Made by a program: the position numbers and the translations under genes. A model generated the notes under the pieces. The model was not told the DNA's origin. It ran no database searches and saw nothing but the letters and a program-made list of their open reading frames with translations. Shown piece after piece: positions 7,748-16,876 of a stretch of DNA of 62,124 bases. How positions within the stretch are numbered: the first letter of the stretch is position 1; the number at the start of each line of letters is the position of its first letter. This DNA comes from a virus: positions 1 to 62,124 of IMG/VR virus record IMGVR_UViG_2710723518_000006; one strand, 5' to 3'.

Positions 7748-8114
7748 CAACCTGCCGCCGCTGACGGACGAGGAATTTGCGATCCTACAGGGATTCCCCG
7801 CGTTTGTTCGTAGCAGCAAAACGTCTGCAAATATGCAAAAACTGGCTAACCATATCGAAAAAGCTGTAGCCGAACTCCGCCGCCATCGCGCGACGCTCCC
7901 GTGCGGGCATCCTGCTGGGTGCGTGCGAGGCGAGACTACGCTTTACTGCGGCTGGTGTGCGGACATGGTACGTCAGGCTGTAGTGGCGATCCACCAGGAG
8001 AAGCTGCCATGCGGGCATCCGGCGGGGTGCGTCGGCGATGATGGATCGTGCGGCTGGTGTAAGGATGCGGCTGATGCGGAAATCTATCGGTACTCGTTGA
8101 GGGCAAAAGGATGA
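7737..8114 (+). CDS. Hypothetical Cys-rich protein with internal duplication
   Basis: ATG at 7737. The block LPCGHPAGCV...CGWC occurs twice. Confidence 0.5.
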   Translation: MAVDNLPPLTDEEFAILQGFPAFVRSSKTSANMQKLANHIEKAVAELRRHRATLPCGHPAGCVRGETTLYCGWCADMVRQAVVAIHQEKLPCGHPAGCVGDDGSCGWCKDAADAEIYRYSLRAKG

Positions 8115-8512
8115 GCGACAAAATCGACTGGGACGCGGTGCAGGCCGCGTGCGATGCGGCGACAAAAACGCCTTGGTATCTTGACGAAATTGACAACATT
8201 GGCAACGAGTTGACTGTCGATCTAAGCCGGGTGTCATACTCTGGCGACGTCGTTATCGATACGTTGCAGCATCACGATGCCGTATTTGTCCATCTCGCCC
8301 GCACCGCACTCCCCGCCGCGTTGGCGGAGCGGACGCGTCTACGGGAGTTGCTGCGATCGCTCGAATGGAGCGGTATCTACAGCTATTGCACCGGTTGGCC
8401 GTGCTGTCCGGTGTGTAAAGGAATCAAGCCCGGAGTCGGTGAAGACAATCCGCCCACGTACCAACGCCATCATGTGAATTGCCGGTTAAAGGAGGCTCTC
8501 CGCGATGACTGA
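8111..8512 (+). CDS. Hypothetical protein (RLRELL family)
   Basis: ATGA overlap. ERTRLRELLRSLEW plus a Cys cluster CCPVC. Confidence 0.5.
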   Translation: MSDKIDWDAVQAACDAATKTPWYLDEIDNIGNELTVDLSRVSYSGDVVIDTLQHHDAVFVHLARTALPAALAERTRLRELLRSLEWSGIYSYCTGWPCCPVCKGIKPGVGEDNPPTYQRHHVNCRLKEALRDD

Positions 8513-8705
8513 CGACGAGTATCTTGCGATGGCGAAGAACATTGCCTTTATGGGAATGCCAGATATGTCTGACAAGCTGCAAGAGTTGCTGGACGATCGG
8601 AAGCGGCTGCGGGAACTGCTTAGTCGCGTCGTGTCTAACGGCAACGAAGATTTGCTTCCGCTTGAGATTTACAACGACATTGGCAGGGAGTTAGGCTATG
8701 AGTGA
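8505..8705 (+). CDS. Hypothetical protein (RLRELL family)
   Basis: It overlaps the upstream stop. Motif DRKRLRELLSRV. Confidence 0.5.
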   Translation: MTDDEYLAMAKNIAFMGMPDMSDKLQELLDDRKRLRELLSRVVSNGNEDLLPLEIYNDIGRELGYE

Positions 8706-8958
8706 ACCAACCCGCGAAGAGATCGTGCAGGCGGTATGCGAGATGCTCGCCATCGACAACAACAGCACAATGCCCTTGACGGCAGTGACGACCCGAATGG
8801 AGCTGATTGAGGCCGCGGCGATCCGCTATCGTGACGTGTGCCGGGAGCAGGCGCGGTTGCGGGAGTTGCTGCGACGAACTGTTGACCATTTGTGCTCGCT
8901 AGATGACGAGGGTGCGCAGCTACAGGATGACATATTCCAGGAGATTGGTAATGCCTGA
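8698..8958 (+). CDS. Hypothetical protein (RLRELL family), paralog of the next gene
   Basis: MSEPTREEIVQAVCEML...AAIRYRDVCREQARLRELL. Confidence 0.55.
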   Translation: MSEPTREEIVQAVCEMLAIDNNSTMPLTAVTTRMELIEAAAIRYRDVCREQARLRELLRRTVDHLCSLDDEGAQLQDDIFQEIGNA

Positions 8959-9739
8959 ACCAACCCGCGACGAGGTTGTAGCGGCGGTGTGAGCGCTGCT
9001 ACCGTGCTGTTATCCAGTGTTCCTGGATGGCTACCCGGCATATGCTACAGATCGTTCTGGCAGTGATCTTCTCAGTGCCATCGAATCCGCCGCCCTCCGC
9101 TACCGCGACGTGTGCGCGGAGCGGGACGAATTGACACGAAAACTGGAAGTGATGCGTGCGGCTCTTGGATATAGCGTCGACGAACAGATTTTGTTGGCTG
9201 ATGAACTCGCCGCCACCCGCGCGACGATCGCGAAGCTGTTGGCAGTGCCGGACCAGCTTTCCGAGTGCGACCGGTTGCGACCTATCGCCTGCTACCGGAC
9301 GGCCTGGCCGAAATGCTGTGCGATTTTCAGGGAAGCCCTTCTCTCCATCGTTGACGATCCAGTCCACGGCCAGACGCACGGCGATTCCGCCGCGTGCGCG
9401 ACGGCGAACGCGGCGGATGAGCTGCGGCGGAAGGATGGGGAACGAATGAGCGATTATGGCGAGCCTTGGAGCGTAGACAAATGTTATGATCTGGTCGACC
9501 GCGACCAGAAAGAAGTAGCATTGGAGCATACTTCTTCGGAGCGATTCCGCCGTGCAGCCACTTGCGTCAATGGATGTTGTGGCATCGAGTCACCGGAGAC
9601 GACCGTGCCGGAGCTGGTGCGGCTGGTGCGACAAATGCTAGGTTTTATGACGGTTCCGCCAACCAATTTCGATCCCACTTTGCCACCTCCAGGAAAAATT
9701 GAAATACTGCTAGCAAAGTGCAAAATGGTGCCGGAATGA
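8951..9739 (+). CDS. Paralog of 8698-8958, interrupted by an in-frame TGA at 8990-8992; the uninterrupted ORF runs 9017-9739 from a GTG
   Basis: The ATG at 8951 gives MPEPTRDEVVAAV, then TGA, then the same frame continues ...SAIESAALRYRDVCAERDEL. The stop aligns with Cys14 of the neighbouring paralog. Confidence 0.5.
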
Positions 9740-9798
9740 ATCGAATCATCCACATTGGATGAGTTGAGTGTTTCGAATGTTTTTAAGGGGATTGCGTC

Positions 9799-10623
9799 AT
9801 GGCGAAGAAATCAGAGTCATTGGAACTTCAGATTGTCCGCGTCGATCGCGGGCAGGTCTCGTTCTGCATCTTGGGGACGACGCCGATCATATTGAATCGG
9901 ATGTCGGAAAAGGCCATGCACGAACTGTTGATGCCGCGGAAGAAAACGGCGGCGGATAAGGCGCAGAATCTCAAGCACGATCCGATGGCGGAGTTTCTGG
10001 CGTCACCGTACCTTGATCTGTCCGACGATGGGCCGACGTACATTCAGCACCTATCGTCTGCGTTCGGAGCGGCATTGCGGAACGCGGCATTGGACGTGCC
10101 GGGTTCATCAAAGGCACAAATCGGCCGGCTCGCATGGGTCGAGGGTGAGCGGGTGTCGATCTATGGTGTGCCACAGATGCTGATGAGCGTGACGCGATCG
10201 GCTGACATGAACAAAACGCCTGACGTTCGGACGCGCTGCATCGTGCCGAGGTGGGCTGCGTATATCACGGTCAGCTTCGTGATTCCGCAATTGAATGCGA
10301 CGGCAATCACGAATCTGTTGTGCAGCGCCGGCATGTCGCAAGGCATCGGCGATTGGCGACGGGAAAAAGGAAAAGGCAACTACGGATCGTTTGAACTTGT
10401 TTCCCAGGATCATCCGGAGTTTGCCAAGATCATCGCGACTGGCGGCCGTGCGGTACAGATCGATGCGATGGCGAAGCCGGAAAGTTACGATCGCGAAACG
10501 CAGGAACTTTTTTCGTGGTTCCAGGAGGAACTTCAGCGACGTGGTCGTGAAGTTGCTGTTGGGAACGGCAAAGCTGCACGGCGGACGAAGGCGACATTGC
10601 CGATTCCAGCTTCTGAGGAATAG
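9799..10623 (+). CDS. Phage protein of unknown function
   Basis: Clean 274-aa ORF with an ATG at 9799. I recognise no family with confidence. Confidence 0.6.
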   Translation: MAKKSESLELQIVRVDRGQVSFCILGTTPIILNRMSEKAMHELLMPRKKTAADKAQNLKHDPMAEFLASPYLDLSDDGPTYIQHLSSAFGAALRNAALDVPGSSKAQIGRLAWVEGERVSIYGVPQMLMSVTRSADMNKTPDVRTRCIVPRWAAYITVSFVIPQLNATAITNLLCSAGMSQGIGDWRREKGKGNYGSFELVSQDHPEFAKIIATGGRAVQIDAMAKPESYDRETQELFSWFQEELQRRGREVAVGNGKAARRTKATLPIPASEE

Positions 10624-11046
10624 TCGCGGCTGGGCTTGTCACGGCGAGTTGAGTCCTGTTGCGGCCGGTCCGGGCGGGGCAAGGAGAGGCGAGTTACGGC
10701 TGGCAAGTCGGGTCCTGTTGCATCACGTCCCGTAGCGTTGAGTCGTGGCAAGTCCGGATCAGGCATGGTTTCGCTGGCGTGTTCCGTCTGGTCCGGACAA
10801 GATCCGGCGGATTAAGTCGCGGTTGATCTTGGTGTGTCCATGCACGGCTGGCGAGTCGAGACTTGTCGCTGCGGGGCTGGTCCTGGTGGTTTTCGTTTTG
10901 GCACGGCTGGCATGGTCTGTCCTGTCCCGTCGGGGCAAATCATGGCTAGATGAGTTTAGGCAAGGCTGGCGTGGCCGGTTATCTCACGTCGGGGCATGAA
11001 GCGGCAAGTAAAGTCATGGCACGGTTTCCTTTTTTAGGAGTCATCA
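10624..11046 (+). repeat. Iteron-like field: at least 6 degenerate direct copies of GGCAMGGCTGGCRWGTC-type motifs
   Basis: Examples: 10842 gcacggctggcgagtc, 10900 ggcacggctggcatggtc, 10959 ggcaaggctggcgtggcc, 10697 acggctggcaagtc. All are in the same orientation. The ORFs here look non-coding. Confidence 0.7.
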
Positions 11047-11571
11047 ATGAACGACAAACGAAAAGCGATTGTCGCGAGGCTCGAAAATATCGCAGCACGA
11101 ACTGGCGGGCGGATTACTCCGTCCGCCGTCGTTGAGGACGCACGATCAGCGACAAGTCCGCTGCATGGTCTGTTTGACTGGAGCGACAAATCCGCCGCGG
11201 CGAAGCACCGGCTCGACATCGCGCGGCGGATCATTCGATCCGTTCGGGTTGAAGTCCATACGTCGATTACCGATATTTCGGTTCCGAGTTACATTCGTGA
11301 TCCGCGACTTTCGGAAAGCGAGCAGGGATACTGCCCGACGGTCAGCATCAAGGACGATGCCACGATGGCAAGCGACGTGTTGCAGCGTGAGCTAACGGCA
11401 ATGATCGGATTGCTGACACGCTCGTATGGTATCGCGGAAGTAATCGGCGTTTCGGCAGAAATGTCCACCATCCTTCACCGAACGCGGTTGCTGCGCGAGT
11501 TGCTCGTTGAGCGTGCGGCGAGTCGCAAAAACGCTGGTAAAGCGGCTTCGGCCGCGGTGCCGGCGGGGTAA
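11047..11571 (+). CDS. Hypothetical protein sitting between two iteron-like fields (candidate DNA-binding initiator or packaging protein)
   Basis: SD AGGAG then ATG at 11047: MNDKRKAIVARLENIAARTGGRITPSAVVEDARSATSPLHGLFDWSDKSAAAKHRLDIARRIIRSV. The functional guess is from position only. Confidence 0.6.
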   Translation: MNDKRKAIVARLENIAARTGGRITPSAVVEDARSATSPLHGLFDWSDKSAAAKHRLDIARRIIRSVRVEVHTSITDISVPSYIRDPRLSESEQGYCPTVSIKDDATMASDVLQRELTAMIGLLTRSYGIAEVIGVSAEMSTILHRTRLLRELLVERAASRKNAGKAASAAVPAG

Positions 11572-11574
11572 TTG

Positions 11575-12094
11575 GCGCGGCATGGCGGGGCTTGGTTGAG
11601 TCCCGTCTCGTTTTGGCGTGGCGCGGCTGGTGATGTTAGGCAAGGCGTTTCCTGGTTTGTCGCGGAGAGGCTGGCGAGTCAGTACCGGTTCTGTTTCGGC
11701 ACGGTGGGGTAAGGCACGGCTGGCTTGATTAGTCGTGTCTCGGCTCGGAGAGTTATGGCTGGCGAGTCAATCCCGGCAAGTCAGATCCGGGCGCGTCGCG
11801 TTTAGGCACGGCTGGCGAGTCCGGGCTAGTTCGGGTGCGGCATGTTGTGGCAAGGCGCTACTGGCTAGTCCCGGCATGTCCAGTATCGTCTGGTCAGGAT
11901 ATGGCACGGCTGGCGAATCACGTCTTGTTGGGGCTGGGCGGGATTTGGCAGGGCACGGATTGGCAGGCGTGGTGCGATTAGTCTAGTCGCGATAGGTCGC
12001 GGTAAGTTCTGGCAGGGCTGGTCTTGGCTGGCGTTGCAAGTTCGGGCTGGTCGGGTCTTGATATGACATGTCGCAGCAGGATAAGGCACGGTTA
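11575..12094 (+). repeat. Iteron-like field: about 10 degenerate direct copies of the same GGCACGGCTGGCGAGTC core at roughly 44-59-bp spacing
   Basis: Cores start at 11669, 11713, 11757, 11805, 11849, 11903, 11952 and 12011, plus partial copies at 11621, 11699 and 12085. Confidence 0.75.
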
Positions 12095-12523
12095 TTATTT
12101 GTCTCCGTCCGGAAGATCATCCCGGCTAGTTCCAGCAGGCGGTACGTAAAACAGGCACGTATCGCACGCGGTCCGCGTTGTTCGGCCGCCGTTTAGCTTC
12201 GCTGCATCAACGCTATCGCATTGGTACACGATCAGTTTTTCACAACACGCATTTTTTAATATCGGTCCAATGTCATCACATGCCGGCCTCCCTTGTTTGG
12301 GTTTTTCTTCTACCTGTACCCATTCCACCGGCTGCGGCCGCGCGATCGCCAAAAATCCTCGCAACGTCGGCGTCAAGCTCGTTTCAGTCGGTGGCTGGCC
12401 GTCGATCCATTCGGCCTGGCAGCGGGGACACGGCCAGTTCGGGTTGCCGGGTCCGGCAATGCGCGTGATGCCGTGCGGGAGCAGAAGGGAGCAGGTCGAG
12501 TTTTGCCAGTGGGGACAGGTCAT
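12095..12523 (-). CDS. Hypothetical Cys-rich protein (last gene of the leftward arm)
   Basis: ATGA overlap with the upstream gene. Multiple CxxC-type pairs are present. Confidence 0.5.
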   Translation of the reverse strand: MTCPHWQNSTCSLLLPHGITRIAGPGNPNWPCPRCQAEWIDGQPPTETSLTPTLRGFLAIARPQPVEWVQVEEKPKQGRPACDDIGPILKNACCEKLIVYQCDSVDAAKLNGGRTTRTACDTCLFYVPPAGTSRDDLPDGDK

Positions 12524-13125
12524 GGATTAGATGTAACTGTGAGTGTAGCTCCTGCCGTATCTATGCAAGGGCCAGACGTAACTGTGTATGTCGTCCCATT
12601 ACAATCAAACAGCCCACCGTAACTATTACTCAACGCTCCGCCATATCGCGTGATCGTTGCCCTAGCGCCCTGCAATGAGAATAACCCCATTGTGCCGCAC
12701 GTCGGCGAACCACCATGCAAGGCTGCATAAGCAGCTTTTTTGGTCGGAACTTGTACATACACGCCCGTTTCCGCAGGACTGATAAATCCGCAAAGTGGCA
12801 CCGCAGGATCGCCCCACGGATTCGACAAAAAGTATTGGTGATATTCTTCGTCGACAGCGCAGCCAATCAATTGGCATTGAGGCTTTGATATAAAAAAAGG
12901 AACAATGTACGTTCCGTTCATATCTGGCAATGTGCCGAGATCACATGGCCCGCCGGGAGAGCATCCCGGTAGAGACAGCGGAGTTGTCGACAATCCGCTG
13001 AGTGTAACCGTGATAGTAGTTGCTGTCGGATCGGCACCCAAGTCCCACACGTAATCGCATGATTCAGAACAATCCTCATCACAACAGCACCCGCTCGGAT
13101 TCCACTCCCACGGCTTCTTTCTCAT
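12520..13125 (-). CDS. Hypothetical Cys-rich virion-module protein
   Basis: ATG at 13125: MRKKPWEWNPSGCCCDEDCSESC. GC content is lower than in the neighbours. Confidence 0.5.
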   Translation of the reverse strand: MRKKPWEWNPSGCCCDEDCSESCDYVWDLGADPTATTITVTLSGLSTTPLSLPGCSPGGPCDLGTLPDMNGTYIVPFFISKPQCQLIGCAVDEEYHQYFLSNPWGDPAVPLCGFISPAETGVYVQVPTKKAAYAALHGGSPTCGTMGLFSLQGARATITRYGGALSNSYGGLFDCNGTTYTVTSGPCIDTAGATLTVTSNP

Positions 13126-13133
13126 CACTGCCA

Positions 13134-14654
13134 TTACGGACACTCCGGCGACGTAGCCGCGAACGCGATCCACTTCCCCGCCTCGTCGTCCCAGTAGGCG
13201 AGCACCTTACTGCCTGACGCCAAGCTCTCCGTCAAGCCGAGCCAATCGTAGACCGTCAGGTCGACGCCTGCCGACGCATCGGCGAACGTCTTGACGGCCA
13301 TCGTGGCGGACCCGCCGTCGGCCAGCGCCCCGGAGAGCGTGCCCTTCGCGACCCGGAACGGCCAGCGAGGCCGCGGTTTCATCGGCGGGTTGACGTTCGC
13401 TTGTGACGCCATGTGGATCGCAGGCAACGGCCAGCCGACCGACAGGTCTATCAGCGTTTCCTGAGCGACGATTTCGGTAACGAACCCGTTCCCGATCCCT
13501 TCCCACCGGACGGCCGTTACGTTCGCTCCCGGCAGAATCGTGTCGATGATGCCAGTGTACTTCCGCCAGATTCGCAACCCGACCAGTACGGCACTGTCCG
13601 CGAACTCCTGAGCGATTTCCGTTGCCCGCGTCTGGAGCGTGCTTTCGTTCGTCGGGGTTGTGCTGTCCGTCGTCTTGAATACCGCCACGGCGTCCGACCA
13701 AACGGGCATGATGGTCCCGGCGAGCGTCACGTCGTCATCCACGTCCGGCACCGTCTTGTCGATCGTGTAGGCCGGCTCCGTCAGGCTGTTGTCCTGTGCG
13801 GTCGCTTCGTCGTCCTCCGACCCGACCTTGCCCGTCACGCGATGGAAGAATACCCGAACGGACTTCGGCACGCGGCCGACGTAGCCATCCACCACGTCGC
13901 AATCGTAGATCAGCTTGTCGCGAATCTGCGAGAACTTGCCGTCGACTTCGGAGAAGTCCTCTTGCTCGCCGATCTGGACAAGCGAAAACGTGTTCTCGGT
14001 CGGGTCTAACGCGAATGCACAACCGGCCGCGTCCGCCACGGCGTTGATGGCTGACCAGGCCGATACGCCCACGAAAGAGAAATCGTTCGGCTCATTCGCC
14101 GGCGTCGACGGCAACGACGGCGCCGTGTCTCCGGCCAGTCCGCCAAGGTCCGTCCACAGGTCGTCGATGATCCCTTGCCACGTCCAGGACGATCCGCTGT
14201 TCAACGTCGCCTTGTAGTATTTCGTGGCCGACGCCGCCAGTGCGTCCGGCCGCAAGAGGTTGTACTGCTTGTTGGTCGCCGTGAACCGCTCCAGGATATG
14301 CCGCCGATCCGCGAACTCGACCAGGTAGACGGAGTTGGGATCGGCCTCTTTGCCATGCACGATTCGCAATGCGCCGATGAAGTACGTCTCGGCAAAGAAC
14401 AGGCTCTTCGTCGATGTGGCCATTTCGAGCGGCTGGGCGATATCGAGATTGATCTGGTCAAGTTGCGAGCGGCGGAGCAGGACGTAGCCGCGGCCGGCGG
14501 ACGGGCCGAGCGGCAACGTGAACGAGTTGGCCTTGCCGTCAAACAGCTTGACCAGATCGTCCATGCCGGCGCGGAGCATTTGCCGCTTGAGCATGATGGG
14601 GTCGGTACAGAACTCCGATCCCCAATTGAACGAAATGCGACGTTCAAACGGCAT
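13134..14654 (-). CDS. Virion structural protein (tail/baseplate module), function unknown
   Basis: 506-aa ORF, tightly packed within the structural operon. Confidence 0.55.
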   Translation of the reverse strand: MPFERRISFNWGSEFCTDPIMLKRQMLRAGMDDLVKLFDGKANSFTLPLGPSAGRGYVLLRRSQLDQINLDIAQPLEMATSTKSLFFAETYFIGALRIVHGKEADPNSVYLVEFADRRHILERFTATNKQYNLLRPDALAASATKYYKATLNSGSSWTWQGIIDDLWTDLGGLAGDTAPSLPSTPANEPNDFSFVGVSAWSAINAVADAAGCAFALDPTENTFSLVQIGEQEDFSEVDGKFSQIRDKLIYDCDVVDGYVGRVPKSVRVFFHRVTGKVGSEDDEATAQDNSLTEPAYTIDKTVPDVDDDVTLAGTIMPVWSDAVAVFKTTDSTTPTNESTLQTRATEIAQEFADSAVLVGLRIWRKYTGIIDTILPGANVTAVRWEGIGNGFVTEIVAQETLIDLSVGWPLPAIHMASQANVNPPMKPRPRWPFRVAKGTLSGALADGGSATMAVKTFADASAGVDLTVYDWLGLTESLASGSKVLAYWDDEAGKWIAFAATSPECP

Positions 14655-14656
14655 AG

Positions 14657-14842
14657 TCAGTCATCCGCCAGTGCAATCAGGGCAAGGATCGTGGCAATCT
14701 CTTTCTCTTCACGTCGCCGGCGCAGCTCCAGCCGGCCCGGCTCCGCACGCGACAGGACGCCCGGCACGCCGGCCGGTTCGTCCGTTTCGGTGCGGAACAG
14801 CAGGAACCAACCCGGTCCTTTGCGGGTCGTCACGACGGCCAT
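14657..14842 (-). CDS. Hypothetical small protein
   Basis: 61-aa ORF filling the gap between two structural genes. Confidence 0.35.
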   Translation of the reverse strand: MAVVTTRKGPGWFLLFRTETDEPAGVPGVLSRAEPGRLELRRRREEKEIATILALIALADD

Positions 14843-14853
14843 GCGGACCCCTG

Positions 14854-15384
14854 TTAGCTGCTACTGAAGGTCACGTCGATCTGGTATGTGATGCTAAACG
14901 TCAATCCAACGAGGTCTATGGTAAAGCCGCTGATCGCGTTGTAGAGCGTGCTGGTCCCGTCCGTGGTCCCATTCAGCATCCCGATCTTGCGATGAACGAA
15001 ATTGGCGTTCGCCTGCGTGAACGTCCGGGCGGCAGAGACAACTTGCCCCGACCGCGTGGCGGTCGCGTCGAATGCCAGTACGGTCACGTCGTCATCACCG
15101 CCAATATCGAGCCGGGTATCGCCGGCCGCAGCCGCGCCGGCGTCGGACGTGACGCCCATTGCCGAGACGGCCGCAGGTGGTCCGCCGATCCCGAATGTCC
15201 TGTCTGCCGACAATTGCAGCCCGACGTTGACCACGAGGTTGTGGCCGACGATCATTTCGATCTCGTCATCGGTCCATTTTAGGATTCGCTCTACGTCGAG
15301 CTTGGCGGCGAGCAGGCCCCGGCCGTGAATCTTCGCGGTCAGGATGCCGCCCTGTTGCTGGCGATCTTTTGCTGATTGGCGCAT
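14854..15384 (-). CDS. Virion-module protein, unknown function; C-terminus ...VTFSSS
   Basis: SD GGAG then ATG at 15384. Confidence 0.5.
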   Translation of the reverse strand: MRQSAKDRQQQGGILTAKIHGRGLLAAKLDVERILKWTDDEIEMIVGHNLVVNVGLQLSADRTFGIGGPPAAVSAMGVTSDAGAAAAGDTRLDIGGDDDVTVLAFDATATRSGQVVSAARTFTQANANFVHRKIGMLNGTTDGTSTLYNAISGFTIDLVGLTFSITYQIDVTFSSS

Positions 15385-15398
15385 GGTTACTCAGGCTC

Positions 15399-15578
15399 CT
15401 ATTGGGGCAATGTCGGCATTCGGTCCGATTCGTGGGAAAGCGATATCGTCTTGGTCACGACGTTATCGAGACGGCTTTCGTATCCAAGCGACGTGTTGGC
15501 ATCGAGGTACGCGACCCACGAATTGTATTCCTCAATCGTGTCGAACGTGAGCGTAAGAGATACGACCATACTGGCCAT
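15399..15578 (-). CDS. Hypothetical 59-aa protein (below the ORF-track cutoff)
   Basis: Hand translation: MASMVVSLTLTFDTIEEYNSWVAYLDANTSLGYESRLDNVVTKTISLSHESDRMPTLPQ. SD AAGAGGA lies upstream. Confidence 0.4.
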   Translation of the reverse strand: MASMVVSLTLTFDTIEEYNSWVAYLDANTSLGYESRLDNVVTKTISLSHESDRMPTLPQ

Positions 15579-15710
15579 GATGTTCCTCTTTCAGAATCGC
15601 TTGATTTCTTTGACGAACAGGTCCAGGTAGCTCCACCAGCGATAGTAGAAGGCCCAGTTAGCGACGTAGAGCGGAGCCAGAATCGCATCGACGTTATTCG
15701 TGCTTTTCGT

Positions 15711-16040
15711 TCAGGTGAACTTTCCAAGGTCCAGTGCTTCGTCATTGTTTTTGAACTTGCATACCAGCGTTGTCGCCGTATGGTTGAGCGTCAGGATGCA
15801 CTTGCCGGGAGCGACCTTGCTCAAGTTCAGGCGACTGTTGACGACGGATACGAAGTCTCCCATGCTGTTGACGAAGGTTTCAAAATCCGCCAATGATGCC
15901 GAATAGATCGGCACGATCGCTGTAATTGTCACATTGCCTGCCGCTAGCAAATGCTGACTCAGCAAGGTCACGCCGTCGTAGAAATCGCAATAGCCAGTCG
16001 CTAAATAAGCATTCAGTCCTATCGTAGCATTGTGACTCAT
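15711..16040 (-). CDS. Hypothetical virion-module protein
   Basis: ATGA overlap with the upstream gene. Confidence 0.5.
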   Translation of the reverse strand: MSHNATIGLNAYLATGYCDFYDGVTLLSQHLLAAGNVTITAIVPIYSASLADFETFVNSMGDFVSVVNSRLNLSKVAPGKCILTLNHTATTLVCKFKNNDEALDLGKFT

Positions 16041-16876
16041 GGTAAAGTGAACTCCACGACAAGTTCCGGCGCGTTCGTTCCTTCCTTGCTGTCGAACGTG
16101 CGATCAGTTCCGTTCACCGCATCCGCCCCAACTTCAATTTCAGCGCGGAATGTGAAATCTGCCGTCGCCTTGTTGGCGGACACGACGGCCGTTACGTCGA
16201 ACTCCACGTAGCCACTGGTCACGACCGGCCAAACTTGCAGGCTGGCGATCGCCGTCTCACCGGCCAGAGACGGTTGGTTGTTCCAAGTGAGCGTCCCTTC
16301 ATCCAATCCTGTTGCCGGATTGAATAAGAGATTCCATGTCACGACGCCAACCGCTGCGTTCTGCCACAGTCTGAGCGTGGCGCTCACGACTGTCGCGTCC
16401 GCCAGCAGGCCGTCCGCTTCGAAGATTAACCAGCCGTACTTGTCCGAACCTCCTACCGTGCCGTTCTCGCCGATCGTGACCGTCGCGCCGGCCCCGTGAG
16501 CCGCGTCCGCGTCTTCCGCGTCCGTGTAGGCATCCTCTTTCGTCTCCATCGTGGCGTCGCCGACGATATCGCCTTCCGTGTGGGACTGCGATTCCGGACG
16601 CGAGAAGTCGATCGCCATGACCGTCGCGTGCGATTGCGTATCCAGCAGCGTCGCTGAGCCGGCCGTGTCGGCGATCGCGTCCGCCGCATCCTCCACGTCG
16701 GCCAACGTCACGGCGAACGTATCGGCTGCGTCCCCGGCCGTCTGGCTGTCGGTCATCGGCAAGTCGATCAGGAGCGTATCGGCCGCATCCTGTGATTCCG
16801 CGAACGTCGCATCCGTGGCTCCCGGAGCGGCCCCGGCGCCGGTCCCCTTCGTGCGTATCCGCCGTCGCGCCGTCAT
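16037..16876 (-). CDS. Acidic protein with C-terminal DNRLRE-like carbohydrate-binding-type domain
   Basis: ATG at 16876 (ATGA overlap). The C-terminal pattern ATLRLWQNAA...GTLTWNNQPSLAG resembles DNRLRE-domain proteins. Confidence 0.5.
   Translation of the reverse strand: MTARRRIRTKGTGAGAAPGATDATFAESQDAADTLLIDLPMTDSQTAGDAADTFAVTLADVEDAADAIADTAGSATLLDTQSHATVMAIDFSRPESQSHTEGDIVGDATMETKEDAYTDAEDADAAHGAGATVTIGENGTVGGSDKYGWLIFEADGLLADATVVSATLRLWQNAAVGVVTWNLLFNPATGLDEGTLTWNNQPSLAGETAIASLQVWPVVTSGYVEFDVTAVVSANKATADFTFRAEIEVGADAVNGTDRTFDSKEGTNAPELVVEFTLP

Noticed and set aside
10842-11921. The repeat core TGGCACGGCTGGC resembles the sigma54 -24 element TGGCAC
   Set aside because: The required GC at -12 (TGGCAC-N5-TTGC) is not at the right spacing in any copy I checked, so these are unlikely to be RpoN promoters.
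10624-12094. Possible CRISPR array (regularly spaced repeats of ~17 bp with ~27-40-bp intervening sequence)
   Set aside because: The repeats are short and degenerate, the spacing is irregular (44-59 bp), and the intervening segments share similarity with each other. No cas genes or leader are present. The region fits iterons or protein-binding sites better.
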